From NCBI GenBank assembly GCA_019057475.1, contig DXJO01000010.1:352001-416000 (forward strand): a stretch of DNA of 64,000 nucleotides, read 5' to 3'. This document shows positions 10,650 to 20,183 of this stretch, piece by piece. Every line of letters starts with the position of its first letter. Position 1 is the first letter of the stretch. The notes under the pieces were generated by a model. It had not been told where the DNA came from, made no database searches, and saw only the letters and a program-made list of their open reading frames with translations. Both the position numbers and the translations under genes were made by a program. This stretch comes from Candidatus Thorarchaeota archaeon (lineage in GTDB: Archaea; Asgardarchaeota; Thorarchaeia; Thorarchaeales; Thorarchaeaceae).

Positions 10650-10997
10650 TCACTGAATAATCTTTCGGAGGTCCCCTGCAGACTGGGAACAACGACTGCA
10701 CTTCAGGGCGTGTGCCCAGCACCACATGAAGGCAGCATCCTCAGACCTGCCTGTCTTGTCATAGATCAACGCAAGATGAACAAGCGCGTCTGGATTGAGG
10801 GCTTCCAACTCCAGTGACTTCACAAGAGCCTCCTCCGCCTTCTCCAGCTTGCCGTGCGACCTCAGGAACGTTCCAAGGTAGTACCATGCCTGTGCATCCT
10901 CAGGTGCGTATTCAATGCGTTCTCTTATCATCCTCTCGAACTCGCTCATAGGCTGAAGTTCGAGAGAGTGAGTTCCAGTCCTATCAGAGATTGCCAT
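10650..10997 (-). CDS. TPR protein, third gene of GH3-ThiF operon
   Basis: PEDAQAWYYLG...AEEALVKSLEL...NPDALVHLA; SD GAGGAG; 10 bp from the ThiF gene. Confidence 0.75.
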   Translation of the reverse strand: MAISDRTGTHSLELQPMSEFERMIRERIEYAPEDAQAWYYLGTFLRSHGKLEKAEEALVKSLELEALNPDALVHLALIYDKTGRSEDAAFMWCWAHALKCSRCSQSAGDLRKIIQ

Positions 10998-11007
10998 GTT
11001 GCTCCTC

Positions 11008-11919
11008 TCACTGATTCTCCTTTGACAGTACCCCCACCGCTCTCCTGACCAACCAACGCTTCTTGGGGCCGGTCACACTCATCCTTGTGCCCAACAGGTC
11101 GATGTGAAGAGTGGTCGGCACCACAGGGATGCTCCCCTTGTCGAAGAGATATCCATAGACTGCCGTGCTTACTAAGGCAGCATTGAGCCTGCAGGCTGCT
11201 GCTACTGATGGGGGTGTGCCCTGTTTTGCCCGCCTTTTGCCCAACTGGATGTCTATTCCGGTTGGTCGGGCAGACAGGAAGTTCACAGCGTAGCGTTCAA
11301 TGAATCTCTGCCACTCCTCTGAATCGGGGTCCTCAGGTATCTCTCCAAAGAACTCTCTGAAGGATGGACTCCTTTCAGGGTCGAAGATGGCAATGCCAGC
11401 GCCCCACCCAATGACGGGACAGGTGAACACCGGAATGCCTTTCTCCCGTGCAAGGTCGAACATCCTCTCTCTCAGGTGCATCACAGAGACATCGAGCCCG
11501 TCAATGACGATGTCTGCGCCATCTACGAACTCCTCCACGTTGTCCCATGTGACACCGTCAACGTAGGCTCTAACATCCGCATCCGGATTGATCTCAAGAA
11601 TCTCCTGAGCAATCACATCTGCCTTGTTACGGAACATAGTGGACATCCTAGCACCGAGCTGACGGTTGAAGTTAGAGACCTCGAACACATCGGGGTCTGC
11701 AATCCTGAAGTGTTGAAAGCCCATTTGGGCAAGGGTGATGGTGACATCCGAGTTACCACCGACCCCAGCCTGAGCAATCACAACCCTGGATATCATCTGC
11801 TGCTCCACAGACGTGACTATCCCTGTGTTCCGGTCTGTCATCCTTAGGTAGTGGTCGTCAACTGCATGGAACTCGGGGAGGACACCATCCCACCACTTTG
11901 GCTCTGCATCTGACGACAT
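11008..11919 (-). CDS. ThiF/MoeB/E1-family adenylyltransferase
   Basis: AQAGVGGN, IADPDVFEVSNFNRQ, KADV...INP, DIVIDGLD; lacks the Zn-binding CxxC pairs of MoeB. Confidence 0.88.
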   Translation of the reverse strand: MSSDAEPKWWDGVLPEFHAVDDHYLRMTDRNTGIVTSVEQQMISRVVIAQAGVGGNSDVTITLAQMGFQHFRIADPDVFEVSNFNRQLGARMSTMFRNKADVIAQEILEINPDADVRAYVDGVTWDNVEEFVDGADIVIDGLDVSVMHLRERMFDLAREKGIPVFTCPVIGWGAGIAIFDPERSPSFREFFGEIPEDPDSEEWQRFIERYAVNFLSARPTGIDIQLGKRRAKQGTPPSVAAACRLNAALVSTAVYGYLFDKGSIPVVPTTLHIDLLGTRMSVTGPKKRWLVRRAVGVLSKENQ

Positions 11920-11920
11920 C

Positions 11921-13462
11921 TCACGCCGCCTCGCATACTGCCAACACCGACATGTCTGTTGTCAGCGGTACAGGCTTTGCTTGAAGGTGAGTTGCTTTCA
12001 CAAGCTCTTCATGTTGTGACGTTCTCATCTTTGCAAGTGTGGTTGGACCAAGGCCTCCCATTGCGCGAGAGTTGAGGAATTCCCAGTTGGCCTCTCCTAG
12101 AGCGTCCTCAAAGGCATTGACGAAATCTACCGAATCCACGTCACCACGAAACATGCCCGCGATTGTGTAGTGAGGTATCGGACCATCAATAACACCGACC
12201 ACTGAATAGTCCATGAGGTGCGCACCCGTTACCAAACAAGCCTTTGCCATAGCATCAATCACATGAACATCACTGAGCTTTTCACCTGCAAGACTCACAA
12301 CGTTACCCTTGCGACTGATGTGGCGAACAGTGTACGGGTCGATGTTGGAGATTGTGACCATGTCTCCAACTCTATATCTGTACCAACCGTTGCTATTTGT
12401 AAGCAGCATTTCATACCTGCTGCCCTTCTTCACGTCTGAGAGGGGAATCACTGTAGGCTCCTCACAATCAATCTCGGCCTCTGGGATAAATTCGAAGTAG
12501 TTTAGGTCGGGCATGAGTTGTATGCCCGGTTCTGGGAGAATCTGGGACGCCATGTAAGCTTCAGATGACGCATAACCTTCCCACACTGTGACTTGAGGTA
12601 GAATCTTGGCAATCCATTCTCTGTAAGGCTCAACATCAATCCCTCCACTAGCGAACAGCCGCAGGTTAGGCCACAGCTCAGCCACGTCAACCTTGCCATC
12701 GGAGTCCATCGCCCTGCGCAGTCGCTTTTCGTGCTTCGTGCCCTTGAGCTGCTCAAGAAGCCACGGACCGTACTGGTTCTCCATGCGACGGACAAAGGCT
12801 AGACTCAATGTGGCGATACCTTGGAGTGCAGTCACATCACGGGTTGCACAGCACATCGCATATGCCCGCATTTTCTCCTCCATGTCCTGAATCCTGAATA
12901 CATCTGGACCCGGCGAGATTAGACGCGCGAAAACCTTGTTGGCCTTTCGCACATAGAGGCCTGAACCGTATCCCAGGGGCACTCCGTTGATATCTCCAAA
13001 GACCGCTGGGGCACCAAACATAATCATCGATCCATCCAGAATCTTCGTGTTGTCAGGGTGCTGGTTCATGAATCCCATCCACATGCGTGCACCGCCAACT
13101 GAAGCGGTCTTCAACCCCGATGGCGTGATGGGCATATCCTTTGGCTTGCCTGTGGAACCAGAAGTTCTCAGGTACCAGATTACAGGCTCTGCTGTCATTA
13201 TCTTTCCTGTTGGATTCCGATAGACCTCTTCCAAAATGGGCCTCATCTTATTGTAATCCGTTAGGGGAACTCTTTCCGCGTATTCCTCGGGAGAAGCAAT
13301 AGACTCAAAGTCATAATCGCGACCTAGGACAGTGTCCTGATTACGGTTAAGTATCGAAGTCAGTAAGTCTTCAGTCACCTCTACGGGGTGATTGAGAACA
13401 TGCTCAATCTCCCGAGCTTTTCGTTTCGCTACAACCGAAACGATTCGTCTCATGATTGACAT
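11921..13462 (-). CDS. GH3-family acyl-acid amido synthetase
   Basis: TSGSTGKPKDMPIT, YASSE, YFEFIP, YEMLLTNSNGWYRYRVGD, GEKL; ATG 13462 follows SD GGAGGA. Confidence 0.88.
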   Translation of the reverse strand: MSIMRRIVSVVAKRKAREIEHVLNHPVEVTEDLLTSILNRNQDTVLGRDYDFESIASPEEYAERVPLTDYNKMRPILEEVYRNPTGKIMTAEPVIWYLRTSGSTGKPKDMPITPSGLKTASVGGARMWMGFMNQHPDNTKILDGSMIMFGAPAVFGDINGVPLGYGSGLYVRKANKVFARLISPGPDVFRIQDMEEKMRAYAMCCATRDVTALQGIATLSLAFVRRMENQYGPWLLEQLKGTKHEKRLRRAMDSDGKVDVAELWPNLRLFASGGIDVEPYREWIAKILPQVTVWEGYASSEAYMASQILPEPGIQLMPDLNYFEFIPEAEIDCEEPTVIPLSDVKKGSRYEMLLTNSNGWYRYRVGDMVTISNIDPYTVRHISRKGNVVSLAGEKLSDVHVIDAMAKACLVTGAHLMDYSVVGVIDGPIPHYTIAGMFRGDVDSVDFVNAFEDALGEANWEFLNSRAMGGLGPTTLAKMRTSQHEELVKATHLQAKPVPLTTDMSVLAVCEAA

Positions 13463-13530
13463 CTGCTCGAATCCTCCTTGCAGCCCGGGACACAAGTCCA
13501 AGATTGCCTTGTAAGATTACGAGTTCTAGA

Positions 13531-13699
13531 ATATCTTAAGTGGTGGCTCCGGAGCGTCAGGGCATTTTGGGCCGTATACGTGGGCCTTGCTCGTTGAAGG
13601 CCCGTTTAGAATACCTAACCTCATATAAGACGGCCTCAAATCATCAACAGGGCGTTATGAGCAGAGATAGACTGGTGCGACCGTGATAGTCTGTACCCT
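13531..13699 (-). promoter_or_regulatory. Conserved upstream element copy 1 (GH3 operon)
   Basis: Minus strand: box A AGGGTACAGACTATCACGGT (13699-13680), box B GTATTCTAAA (13614-13605), TATA-like CTTAAGATAT (13540-13531). Confidence 0.8.
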
Positions 13700-14000
13700 A
13701 TTGAGAAAAAACCCTGCTTCTTCAAAGATTGTCCAATAAGGAGAAGGATTGGCGGCTAATGCTCGAGAGCTCCGACCACCGTATGGTGACATAGGGGGGA
13801 CCGAACCGTGCACTGAAACTCGGTCCTTTCTGAAGCAATGAATCTCTCTTTCTATCTGATCCAGCCGGCGCGTGTCAGTGTTCGCTCAGACACGGCGGCA
13901 AATTGCTAGAAGCCCGCGATATCCGTTGGTCTTCCCCGGCACAATGGCGCTCCTCTTGCAGAGTCCAACATGCACCCAAACTTGCCGATAGGTTCGCAAC

Positions 14001-14169
14001 AGGGTACAGATTATCACGGTTGAGGACTCCAATAATGCCACATAATGCCCACATCAGCACAGGGGGGCCTATGGGCTCCTTTGTTAACTTCTAAAGAAAG
14101 AATAGGGCCCCATCAGGCGGGCAGGGTGAGAATAGGTCTACTTGCACGTTCTCGGTAGTTTGAATATAG
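14001..14169 (+). promoter_or_regulatory. Conserved upstream element copy 2 (recombination operon)
   Basis: Box A AGGGTACAGATTATCACGGT (14001-14020), box B AACTTCTAAA (14086-14095), TATA-like TTGAATATAG (14160-14169). Confidence 0.8.
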
Positions 14170-14221
14170 TTTGTTCTCACTGATTGCATCATACAGTGAG
14201 AGCACTGGGAGCGTATGTTCA

Positions 14222-14953
14222 GTGTCGAGGCTTGAACGAATACTAAAAGCTTCAATTGGTCAAGAGGGTCCGGAGACGGACTTGACCATGTTCTTCCAAA
14301 TGGAGTACAACACCCCTGACAGAAGCGTCATACGAGCGCGGATGGTCACCGACCAAAGCATCGCAGTGACTATCGGGCTGAGGAGCGCGATACTTGAACC
14401 CTTTAAGAGATTCCACATACCCTCAGATGGCGAATTCCTTGCGTGCGACATTCTAGGACTGATACCCGCTGTTGCAGTGATGCTGCGGAATCAGAGTCGA
14501 GGGGTGGCTGCGGGAACCATCGAGCGGGACTCGACAACGCGAATCATACTTGCATTCGAGTCTGAGATACCCATGAAAGACAATGGACTGAGAGATCTAG
14601 CATCCACCATCACCTGTACGATGCGGCAGTGGGGTGAGTGGACCAATGTGTTGCTCGGGACTCTTGATCGCGATCCTGTAGTGGGTGACTGGGAAATTGA
14701 CTGGCGTGAGTTTCTTGCTGGAGAGGCTGGATTCGTTACGATGCCGTGGTTCAGATCACTTGGCTTTCAGGACCGCAAGATCGCGCTCTCTAGGACAATA
14801 CTGGCGGCTGAGGCTTTGCTAATCTCAGTTCTCAATAGAAAGCAGCTCATAGACCCCGTCGCAATGCAGGTTCGGGACTGGATGAAATCGCTCAGCCCAC
14901 AGCCACACGTCACTGGATCTCATTACATCACTTTGGAAGAGGAGGTATTCTGA
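14222..14953 (+). CDS. Hypothetical protein, first gene of recombination operon
   Basis: Long ORF (possible start 14171); GTG 14222 follows GGGAG; TGATG coupling to next gene. Confidence 0.7.
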   Translation: MSRLERILKASIGQEGPETDLTMFFQMEYNTPDRSVIRARMVTDQSIAVTIGLRSAILEPFKRFHIPSDGEFLACDILGLIPAVAVMLRNQSRGVAAGTIERDSTTRIILAFESEIPMKDNGLRDLASTITCTMRQWGEWTNVLLGTLDRDPVVGDWEIDWREFLAGEAGFVTMPWFRSLGFQDRKIALSRTILAAEALLISVLNRKQLIDPVAMQVRDWMKSLSPQPHVTGSHYITLEEEVF

Positions 14954-15420
14954 TGGTATTGGTTAATGACTTTCACAACTCCGCGCGAACAATCTACAGT
15001 CCGATAGTAGATACCGCTTGGCTCGCTGGAGCACTGGCTGGGACTGACCATGCAGGTTCACGGAATGGGGACTGGTACTGGGCTCGATTCTTGGATGAGG
15101 TGAAAGAGATGGCATCGCTAGCAGGGAGTGTTCGACCCACTGAACCCGGAGCAGAGCCGGATGACAATGGATCAGTCTACGATGTTATTGGAGGATACAT
15201 CAGCACTGCAGGACGATTCACACAGGAGGGCTTGAGGTTCAAGGTGCCTGTGAGCAGGCAGCAAAAGATGGTTGGCCTGTTCGGGGGAATCCTCCTGAGA
15301 GAGCATGAAGATATGATTGTGAGAGGTTATGACCTCTCAAAATTCACCAGGCTGGTTCCTATCAGGGGGCCACTGGCTGATAGGATTAGCAAGACGAAGA
15401 GTACGGAGGTAATGAAATGA
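14953..15420 (+). CDS. Hypothetical protein
   Basis: Translationally coupled on both sides (TGATG, ATGA); SD GGAGG. Confidence 0.7.
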   Translation: MVLVNDFHNSARTIYSPIVDTAWLAGALAGTDHAGSRNGDWYWARFLDEVKEMASLAGSVRPTEPGAEPDDNGSVYDVIGGYISTAGRFTQEGLRFKVPVSRQQKMVGLFGGILLREHEDMIVRGYDLSKFTRLVPIRGPLADRISKTKSTEVMK

Positions 15421-16565
15421 CAGAGCTTACAGAGGTTCCAGGAGTCGGTTCCGTTGCAGCAAAGCAACTGAAGAACGCCTACATCACGACTGCGGAGCTG
15501 TTGGCCGTACAGAATGCCGACGAGCTGAATAATAAGGTAACACTTGGCGAGGGCACATGCACGAATATAATCCTGGCGGCCAGAGAGCTGCTTGGGATGT
15601 TCGCCTTCAAGTCTGCCCTTGAGGTCGAGAAGGAGAATGAGTCCAAGCCCCGGCTGAAGATAGGGCTTGAAAACGTTGACAGGCAACTGCTTGGAGGTCT
15701 TGAAATTGGCTCCCTTGTGGAGTTCTATGGCAAAGCCTCAGGCGGCAAGACACAAATGTGCGCCCACCTTGCGATAAGATGTCAGCTTCCCTTCGATGAG
15801 GGCGGCATTGAGGGTCGCGTAATATGGCTTGACAGTGAGTCATCATTCAAGACATCAATACTACGTGCGAACGCGAAGAGGTGGGGGCTTGACCCCGAAG
15901 TGGCTTTGGGCAACATTCAGACGATGCCTATAGTCACCTCGTACCATCTGGAACAACTCTTCGCCCGGATTCCACAGATGTGCATTGAACAGGGCATCAA
16001 GATGGTGGTCGTTGACTCACTGACCGGATTCTTTCGGGCAGAGCATGGGGGATTGGGTTCACTCGCTGTGCGACAACAGAGGATCAACAGGCTCCTGAAC
16101 CTCATGCGCCGAGTGGCAATGGCGACTGACGTGATGTTCGTCTACAGCAATCAAGCCATCTCAAGGATCGGTCCATTCCCCGTGCTGAACGCCCCGGTGG
16201 GAGGGCATATAGTATCGCACGCGTCTGATTATCGCTTCATGTCAACAGAGGGAAAGAGCGGAAAGCGCAAGCTGTACCTCAAGGACCATGCTGGGCTAGC
16301 TAACTTCAATGTTGAATTCAGCATAGGGTGGGGTGGATTCTACAACGACGAGAACGAGAGGAAAAAGATCGAACCCAAAATAGTGGAATACCTCAAGAGC
16401 AAGGACATATCCGCCGAGATACAGGAGAAGGACAAGAAGAAGGAGACAAAGAAGGTCAAGAAAGCCGAGAAGACCAAGAAGACAAAGAAATCAAAGAAGG
16501 CAGAAGCCAAGGCTGAAACCGAGGTAAAGCTGGAGGCGGAGGTAGTGCTGAAAGCAGAGGGTTAA
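15417..16565 (+). CDS. RadA/Rad51-family recombinase paralogue with Lys-rich C-terminal tail
   Basis: N-terminal HhH (LTEVPGVGSVAAKQL), FxxA motif FKSA, Walker A GKASGGKTQ, Walker B MVVVDSLT, SNQA, PVGGHIVSHASD. Confidence 0.88.
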   Translation: MTELTEVPGVGSVAAKQLKNAYITTAELLAVQNADELNNKVTLGEGTCTNIILAARELLGMFAFKSALEVEKENESKPRLKIGLENVDRQLLGGLEIGSLVEFYGKASGGKTQMCAHLAIRCQLPFDEGGIEGRVIWLDSESSFKTSILRANAKRWGLDPEVALGNIQTMPIVTSYHLEQLFARIPQMCIEQGIKMVVVDSLTGFFRAEHGGLGSLAVRQQRINRLLNLMRRVAMATDVMFVYSNQAISRIGPFPVLNAPVGGHIVSHASDYRFMSTEGKSGKRKLYLKDHAGLANFNVEFSIGWGGFYNDENERKKIEPKIVEYLKSKDISAEIQEKDKKKETKKVKKAEKTKKTKKSKKAEAKAETEVKLEAEVVLKAEG

Positions 16566-16569
16566 GGCG

Positions 16570-17010
16570 ATGAGCGGCATGTTTAGAATATACAAATGCC
16601 CCTCCTGTGGCGCGATTGCCTACACGAGCGTGGAGAACGAGCAGGAAACCAGCATGTGTGGCTTGTGTAGAGGCCTAATCCTTGACGAGCCTGGCATACT
16701 CTACTCTGCAACAATCAACCAAGCTGAAGACCTTGTCGCAGAGATGGTCCTCCATAACATGTCGGAAAATAAAGTATCAACACCAACGAGCGGGCTCGGT
16801 GTGAGGCGCAGAGTGCTCAACATTATCGAGTGCCTTGTGGAGCTAAACAAGGGAAGGCCAGTGAACATTGACAGTGTGCTTAAGGAATGTGTGGGTGCCA
16901 AAATCAAGACCGAGAGGAGCCTCCATTTCCTAGATGTGCTTGAGGGCCAGGGACTGGTCATAGTTGATAGTGGTCATGTCAGTCTGGGCGAGGAGGGCAC
17001 AGACCCTTGA
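16570..17010 (+). CDS. Zn-ribbon plus probable winged-helix protein
   Basis: CPSC...CGLC; C-terminus resembles wHTH (VLNIIECL...LHFLDVLEGQGLV). Confidence 0.65.
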   Translation: MSGMFRIYKCPSCGAIAYTSVENEQETSMCGLCRGLILDEPGILYSATINQAEDLVAEMVLHNMSENKVSTPTSGLGVRRRVLNIIECLVELNKGRPVNIDSVLKECVGAKIKTERSLHFLDVLEGQGLVIVDSGHVSLGEEGTDP

Positions 17011-17618
17011 CCCACCTGTATGTCCCCCCCTCATCAAACAATGTGACGCCCAGCTCCACAATCAATCTTGTCAATCTACTGATGAGAAACACTAGCAGAC
17101 GAGTGACGGTACTCCAAGTAGGAGGAAAAGTGGATCCTGACCCAGAGGTATATGTTGTCACCCGGGTGGACTGGCGGGATAAGGATCTCAACAGGCCGAT
17201 TTTGCCCCAATTGCCAAAGGTGCTTTCGATGCTGGAAACTCTTCGAGGCTCTAGGGGTGTGCCCAAGGAGATTTACCTTGACAGTACGGATGGTGTTGTA
17301 TGCTACATACCAACCGGCATCAGAATGTCTCAGCTACCAAGCAGCGCCAAAGCATCAGTTCAATTCATCATGTCTGTAGCAAACCAAACGGTTAGCCACT
17401 TCGATTCGACACGGTCTGAGGTCGAGGACTGGTTCTGGAGGACAGCTCGCAAGAGTGGCTTCAATCCCGAGATTGTCGAGAGGATTGCCCGAAGGGAGAA
17501 GCACTACGACTCGCCATCTCACGAGCACAGGTTTAGCAAGGTCATAGAGAACTACTTCTCTCTGAGGTTCAAAGTCTATCGAGCAGAATCATGCCTGAAG
17601 CTGGAGGGAGCGTATTGA
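17007..17618 (+). CDS. Hypothetical protein
   Basis: Coupled ORF (TTGA overlap upstream, TGATG downstream). Confidence 0.7.
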   Translation: MTHLYVPPSSNNVTPSSTINLVNLLMRNTSRRVTVLQVGGKVDPDPEVYVVTRVDWRDKDLNRPILPQLPKVLSMLETLRGSRGVPKEIYLDSTDGVVCYIPTGIRMSQLPSSAKASVQFIMSVANQTVSHFDSTRSEVEDWFWRTARKSGFNPEIVERIARREKHYDSPSHEHRFSKVIENYFSLRFKVYRAESCLKLEGAY

Positions 17619-19594
17619 TGGATGTGATGCGATGGTTCCCGTACACTCCAAGACCTCAGCAGGATCGGGCCGTGACGCATGCTGCCCATGTGTTCCAAGA
17701 TAAGACAGTGGGCCTGCTATCTGCAGATTGTGGAGTAGGAAAGACAATTGCTGTACTCTCAGCGTATCTTGCAGTACGGGCGAAAGATGCATCATCGCGG
17801 TTGATTGTCCTTGCCAGGACGCACTCGCAGTCAAAAGTCTTTGAGGATGAGCTTAGAGTTCTCAGGGAGGAACCGGCCGCAATATCAGATGGACTCCAAT
17901 TGACGGCCACGAGTATGGTTTCACGGGGGCATGTCTGTCCATTGACCGACAAGATGAACTCGGTGTCGTCAGTCGGGTTCCTACGTGCATGCGCACAGAT
18001 GATAGGCTCAGGAAAGTGCAGCATGTACTGGAGTTTCTACAAACGGGGCGCCGAGGGTCGGCCTCAAATCCGCGACGCTGCCCGGCAAACTGTTGATGCC
18101 CTGCTGAATGAGGGCGTGGTCACTCGGGATGAAGCGGAGGACATGGGGCTCTCGGAAGGAGTATGCCCGTATGAGGTCTTGAGGTGGTGTGCGCGCAATA
18201 GTAGAGTAGTAATTGGTCCATACGGCTACCTATTCAGGGAGAGAGTGCGGAATGCGCTCCTCTCGTCGCTTGGAATGAGCTTACATGAAGTCGACTTGAT
18301 TGTCGATGAAGCACACAACCTAGCATCCCATGTACTGGGCTCGGAAACCGCGTGTGTCAGTCTATCAGACCTTGAATGGCTGAGAAAGCATGACACCGAG
18401 ATAGAGCGTGAAACGCAGGTCGAATGGCTCCCTGAGGCGGTTGACTTTCTCTGGGAAACCGTGATGACCAACCTTGATAATATCCACTCCGAAAAGAACC
18501 TTGAGAAGTGGGATGTACTGCCAAGGTTTGTAGATGAGTCACAGATACAAAATCTACTGCTTGGGACGAAGATTGGTCTGGATGAGTCTGATGGCACAGT
18601 ACCCACGGAGACCCCGCTGGATCGATTAGTAGAGTTCCTCTACACGGGGCACCGAGCAGTTCTGAGTGAGGACTGGCATGTCACGCTAGAGGTCAGAAAG
18701 CCTTGGAGGCAAGAGTCGAATAGCCGTGATGCCGATCTGAAGATCAGACCACTGAACGCCGCTGGATTATCAGCTCCCGTACTCAGAGGTGCAAGGTCTG
18801 CGTTGCTTATGTCCGGTACTTTGAGGCCACTGCAGCACTATGCGGATCTGTTGGGAGTGTCAGGTGCCCTGATGGAGAGCCTGATGAGTCCGTACCCCCA
18901 TGGGAGTCGCCTTGTGCTCATTGACAAGGACATCACAACCAAGTATACAGCGCGGGGCGAACGGCTGTGGAGGACCATAGCAAGAAGAATCTCGACAACC
19001 TTGACAGCGATGCCCTCCGAGAAGAGCGCTCTAATTGCCTTCCCTAGCTACAGGATGATGGAGGATGTTCTGAGCTACGGCATAGATTGTGGATTCAGAG
19101 CAAGGCTAGAGGAAGCTCCAGGAGATCGCATTGAGATTGTTAAGGACGCACTTGAGGAAGGGCCCCATACGGTGTTTTGTGTATATGGAGGCAAGTTCTC
19201 TGAGGGCGTTGACCTCGTGGAGGGCGGGTCGAGCATGGTTGACCTGATTATCGGGGTTGGGATTCCATTCAGTCCCCCAACCAGCTACCAAAAAGCCCTT
19301 CAAGAATGGTACGAGAGAAGATTCGGGAAGGGTGCAGGCTACTACTACTCGTCAATTGTACCGTCTTTTCGCATGGTTGCACAGCTTGTAGGTAGACTTC
19401 GACGGAGTCCTGAGGATCGGGGGGTGGTCGTGCTTCTCGACAAAAGGTTCCAGCAACACATCAGAGTCTTTGGAGATGACATGGTTTCGGACCACTGGCC
19501 CTACTCAGGAGAGGACGAGATGAGGGGTGCCATTGATCTATTTGTAAGCCAGAGGAACAGAACGGAGGAGGCGAAGGGAGCGGTTGGCGTCTAG
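17618..19594 (+). CDS. XPD/Rad3/DinG-family Fe-S DNA helicase
   Basis: Q motif FPYTPRPQQ, ADCGVGKT, four Cys (HVCP, RAC, KCS, VCPYE), VDEAHNL, MSGTL, FPSY, GKFSEGVD, QLVGRLRR. Confidence 0.9.
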   Translation: MDVMRWFPYTPRPQQDRAVTHAAHVFQDKTVGLLSADCGVGKTIAVLSAYLAVRAKDASSRLIVLARTHSQSKVFEDELRVLREEPAAISDGLQLTATSMVSRGHVCPLTDKMNSVSSVGFLRACAQMIGSGKCSMYWSFYKRGAEGRPQIRDAARQTVDALLNEGVVTRDEAEDMGLSEGVCPYEVLRWCARNSRVVIGPYGYLFRERVRNALLSSLGMSLHEVDLIVDEAHNLASHVLGSETACVSLSDLEWLRKHDTEIERETQVEWLPEAVDFLWETVMTNLDNIHSEKNLEKWDVLPRFVDESQIQNLLLGTKIGLDESDGTVPTETPLDRLVEFLYTGHRAVLSEDWHVTLEVRKPWRQESNSRDADLKIRPLNAAGLSAPVLRGARSALLMSGTLRPLQHYADLLGVSGALMESLMSPYPHGSRLVLIDKDITTKYTARGERLWRTIARRISTTLTAMPSEKSALIAFPSYRMMEDVLSYGIDCGFRARLEEAPGDRIEIVKDALEEGPHTVFCVYGGKFSEGVDLVEGGSSMVDLIIGVGIPFSPPTSYQKALQEWYERRFGKGAGYYYSSIVPSFRMVAQLVGRLRRSPEDRGVVVLLDKRFQQHIRVFGDDMVSDHWPYSGEDEMRGAIDLFVSQRNRTEEAKGAVGV

Positions 19595-20183
19595 TCTTGC
19601 TAGTAGTCAGTTGAGGTATACCGTGCCCGGGGCTGTAGGTGCAGCTTGGTCACTCAGGATGGCCCTTGACCAGTCATATCGGGTTGTTCTTGAGTCCACA
19701 GTAGGTCTGTTCCTACTACTAGTCGCCCTCGTAATCTACCTGAAGGGACGCGAGAAGAACCTTCTGCTTTGGAATAACGATACTGGAATTCTCGCCACTG
19801 TAAAGCCTCTCACAGTAGAAGTGTGTGCAGCTCGACTCATGACCAGTGTCCCGCTTGGGATTGACCTAAGCCATTCTGCGGGCAGAGTCCTTGAAGCCAT
19901 GACAATCAGGTTCAATGAGGAAAAGAATGCGGAACTGCGGTTCTTTGTCTGTCGCCCTTTGGGGCGTGGGGTCACACGCGTAGGCATGATGGTGGTTCGT
20001 CAAGCACCGAACATGCGCAGGTTGGTTTCTGTTGTTGAGAAGCTGTCAGAGAAGGTGCTGGAGGATGTAATGGTCTTGGAGAGTGCTCTGCGCGCAGCCT
20101 ATGCCCATATGCCCATTGCCCGAGCGGAGCTAGAAGATATCACTCTCATAAACTCTGGAGGTGTGGATTTCATTGTCAACTGA
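19584..20183 (+). CDS. Membrane-anchored hypothetical protein
   Basis: Hydrophobic VGLFLLLVALVIYL; overlaps both neighbours. Confidence 0.65.
   Translation: MASSLASSQLRYTVPGAVGAAWSLRMALDQSYRVVLESTVGLFLLLVALVIYLKGREKNLLLWNNDTGILATVKPLTVEVCAARLMTSVPLGIDLSHSAGRVLEAMTIRFNEEKNAELRFFVCRPLGRGVTRVGMMVVRQAPNMRRLVSVVEKLSEKVLEDVMVLESALRAAYAHMPIARAELEDITLINSGGVDFIVN

Noticed and set aside
13680-14020. Inverted box A pair read as ORB elements of a replication origin or as transposon ends
   Set aside because: There is no TCCA-N-TGGA ORB core, no cdc6/orc1, no AT-rich unwinding element, and no transposase or target-site duplication.
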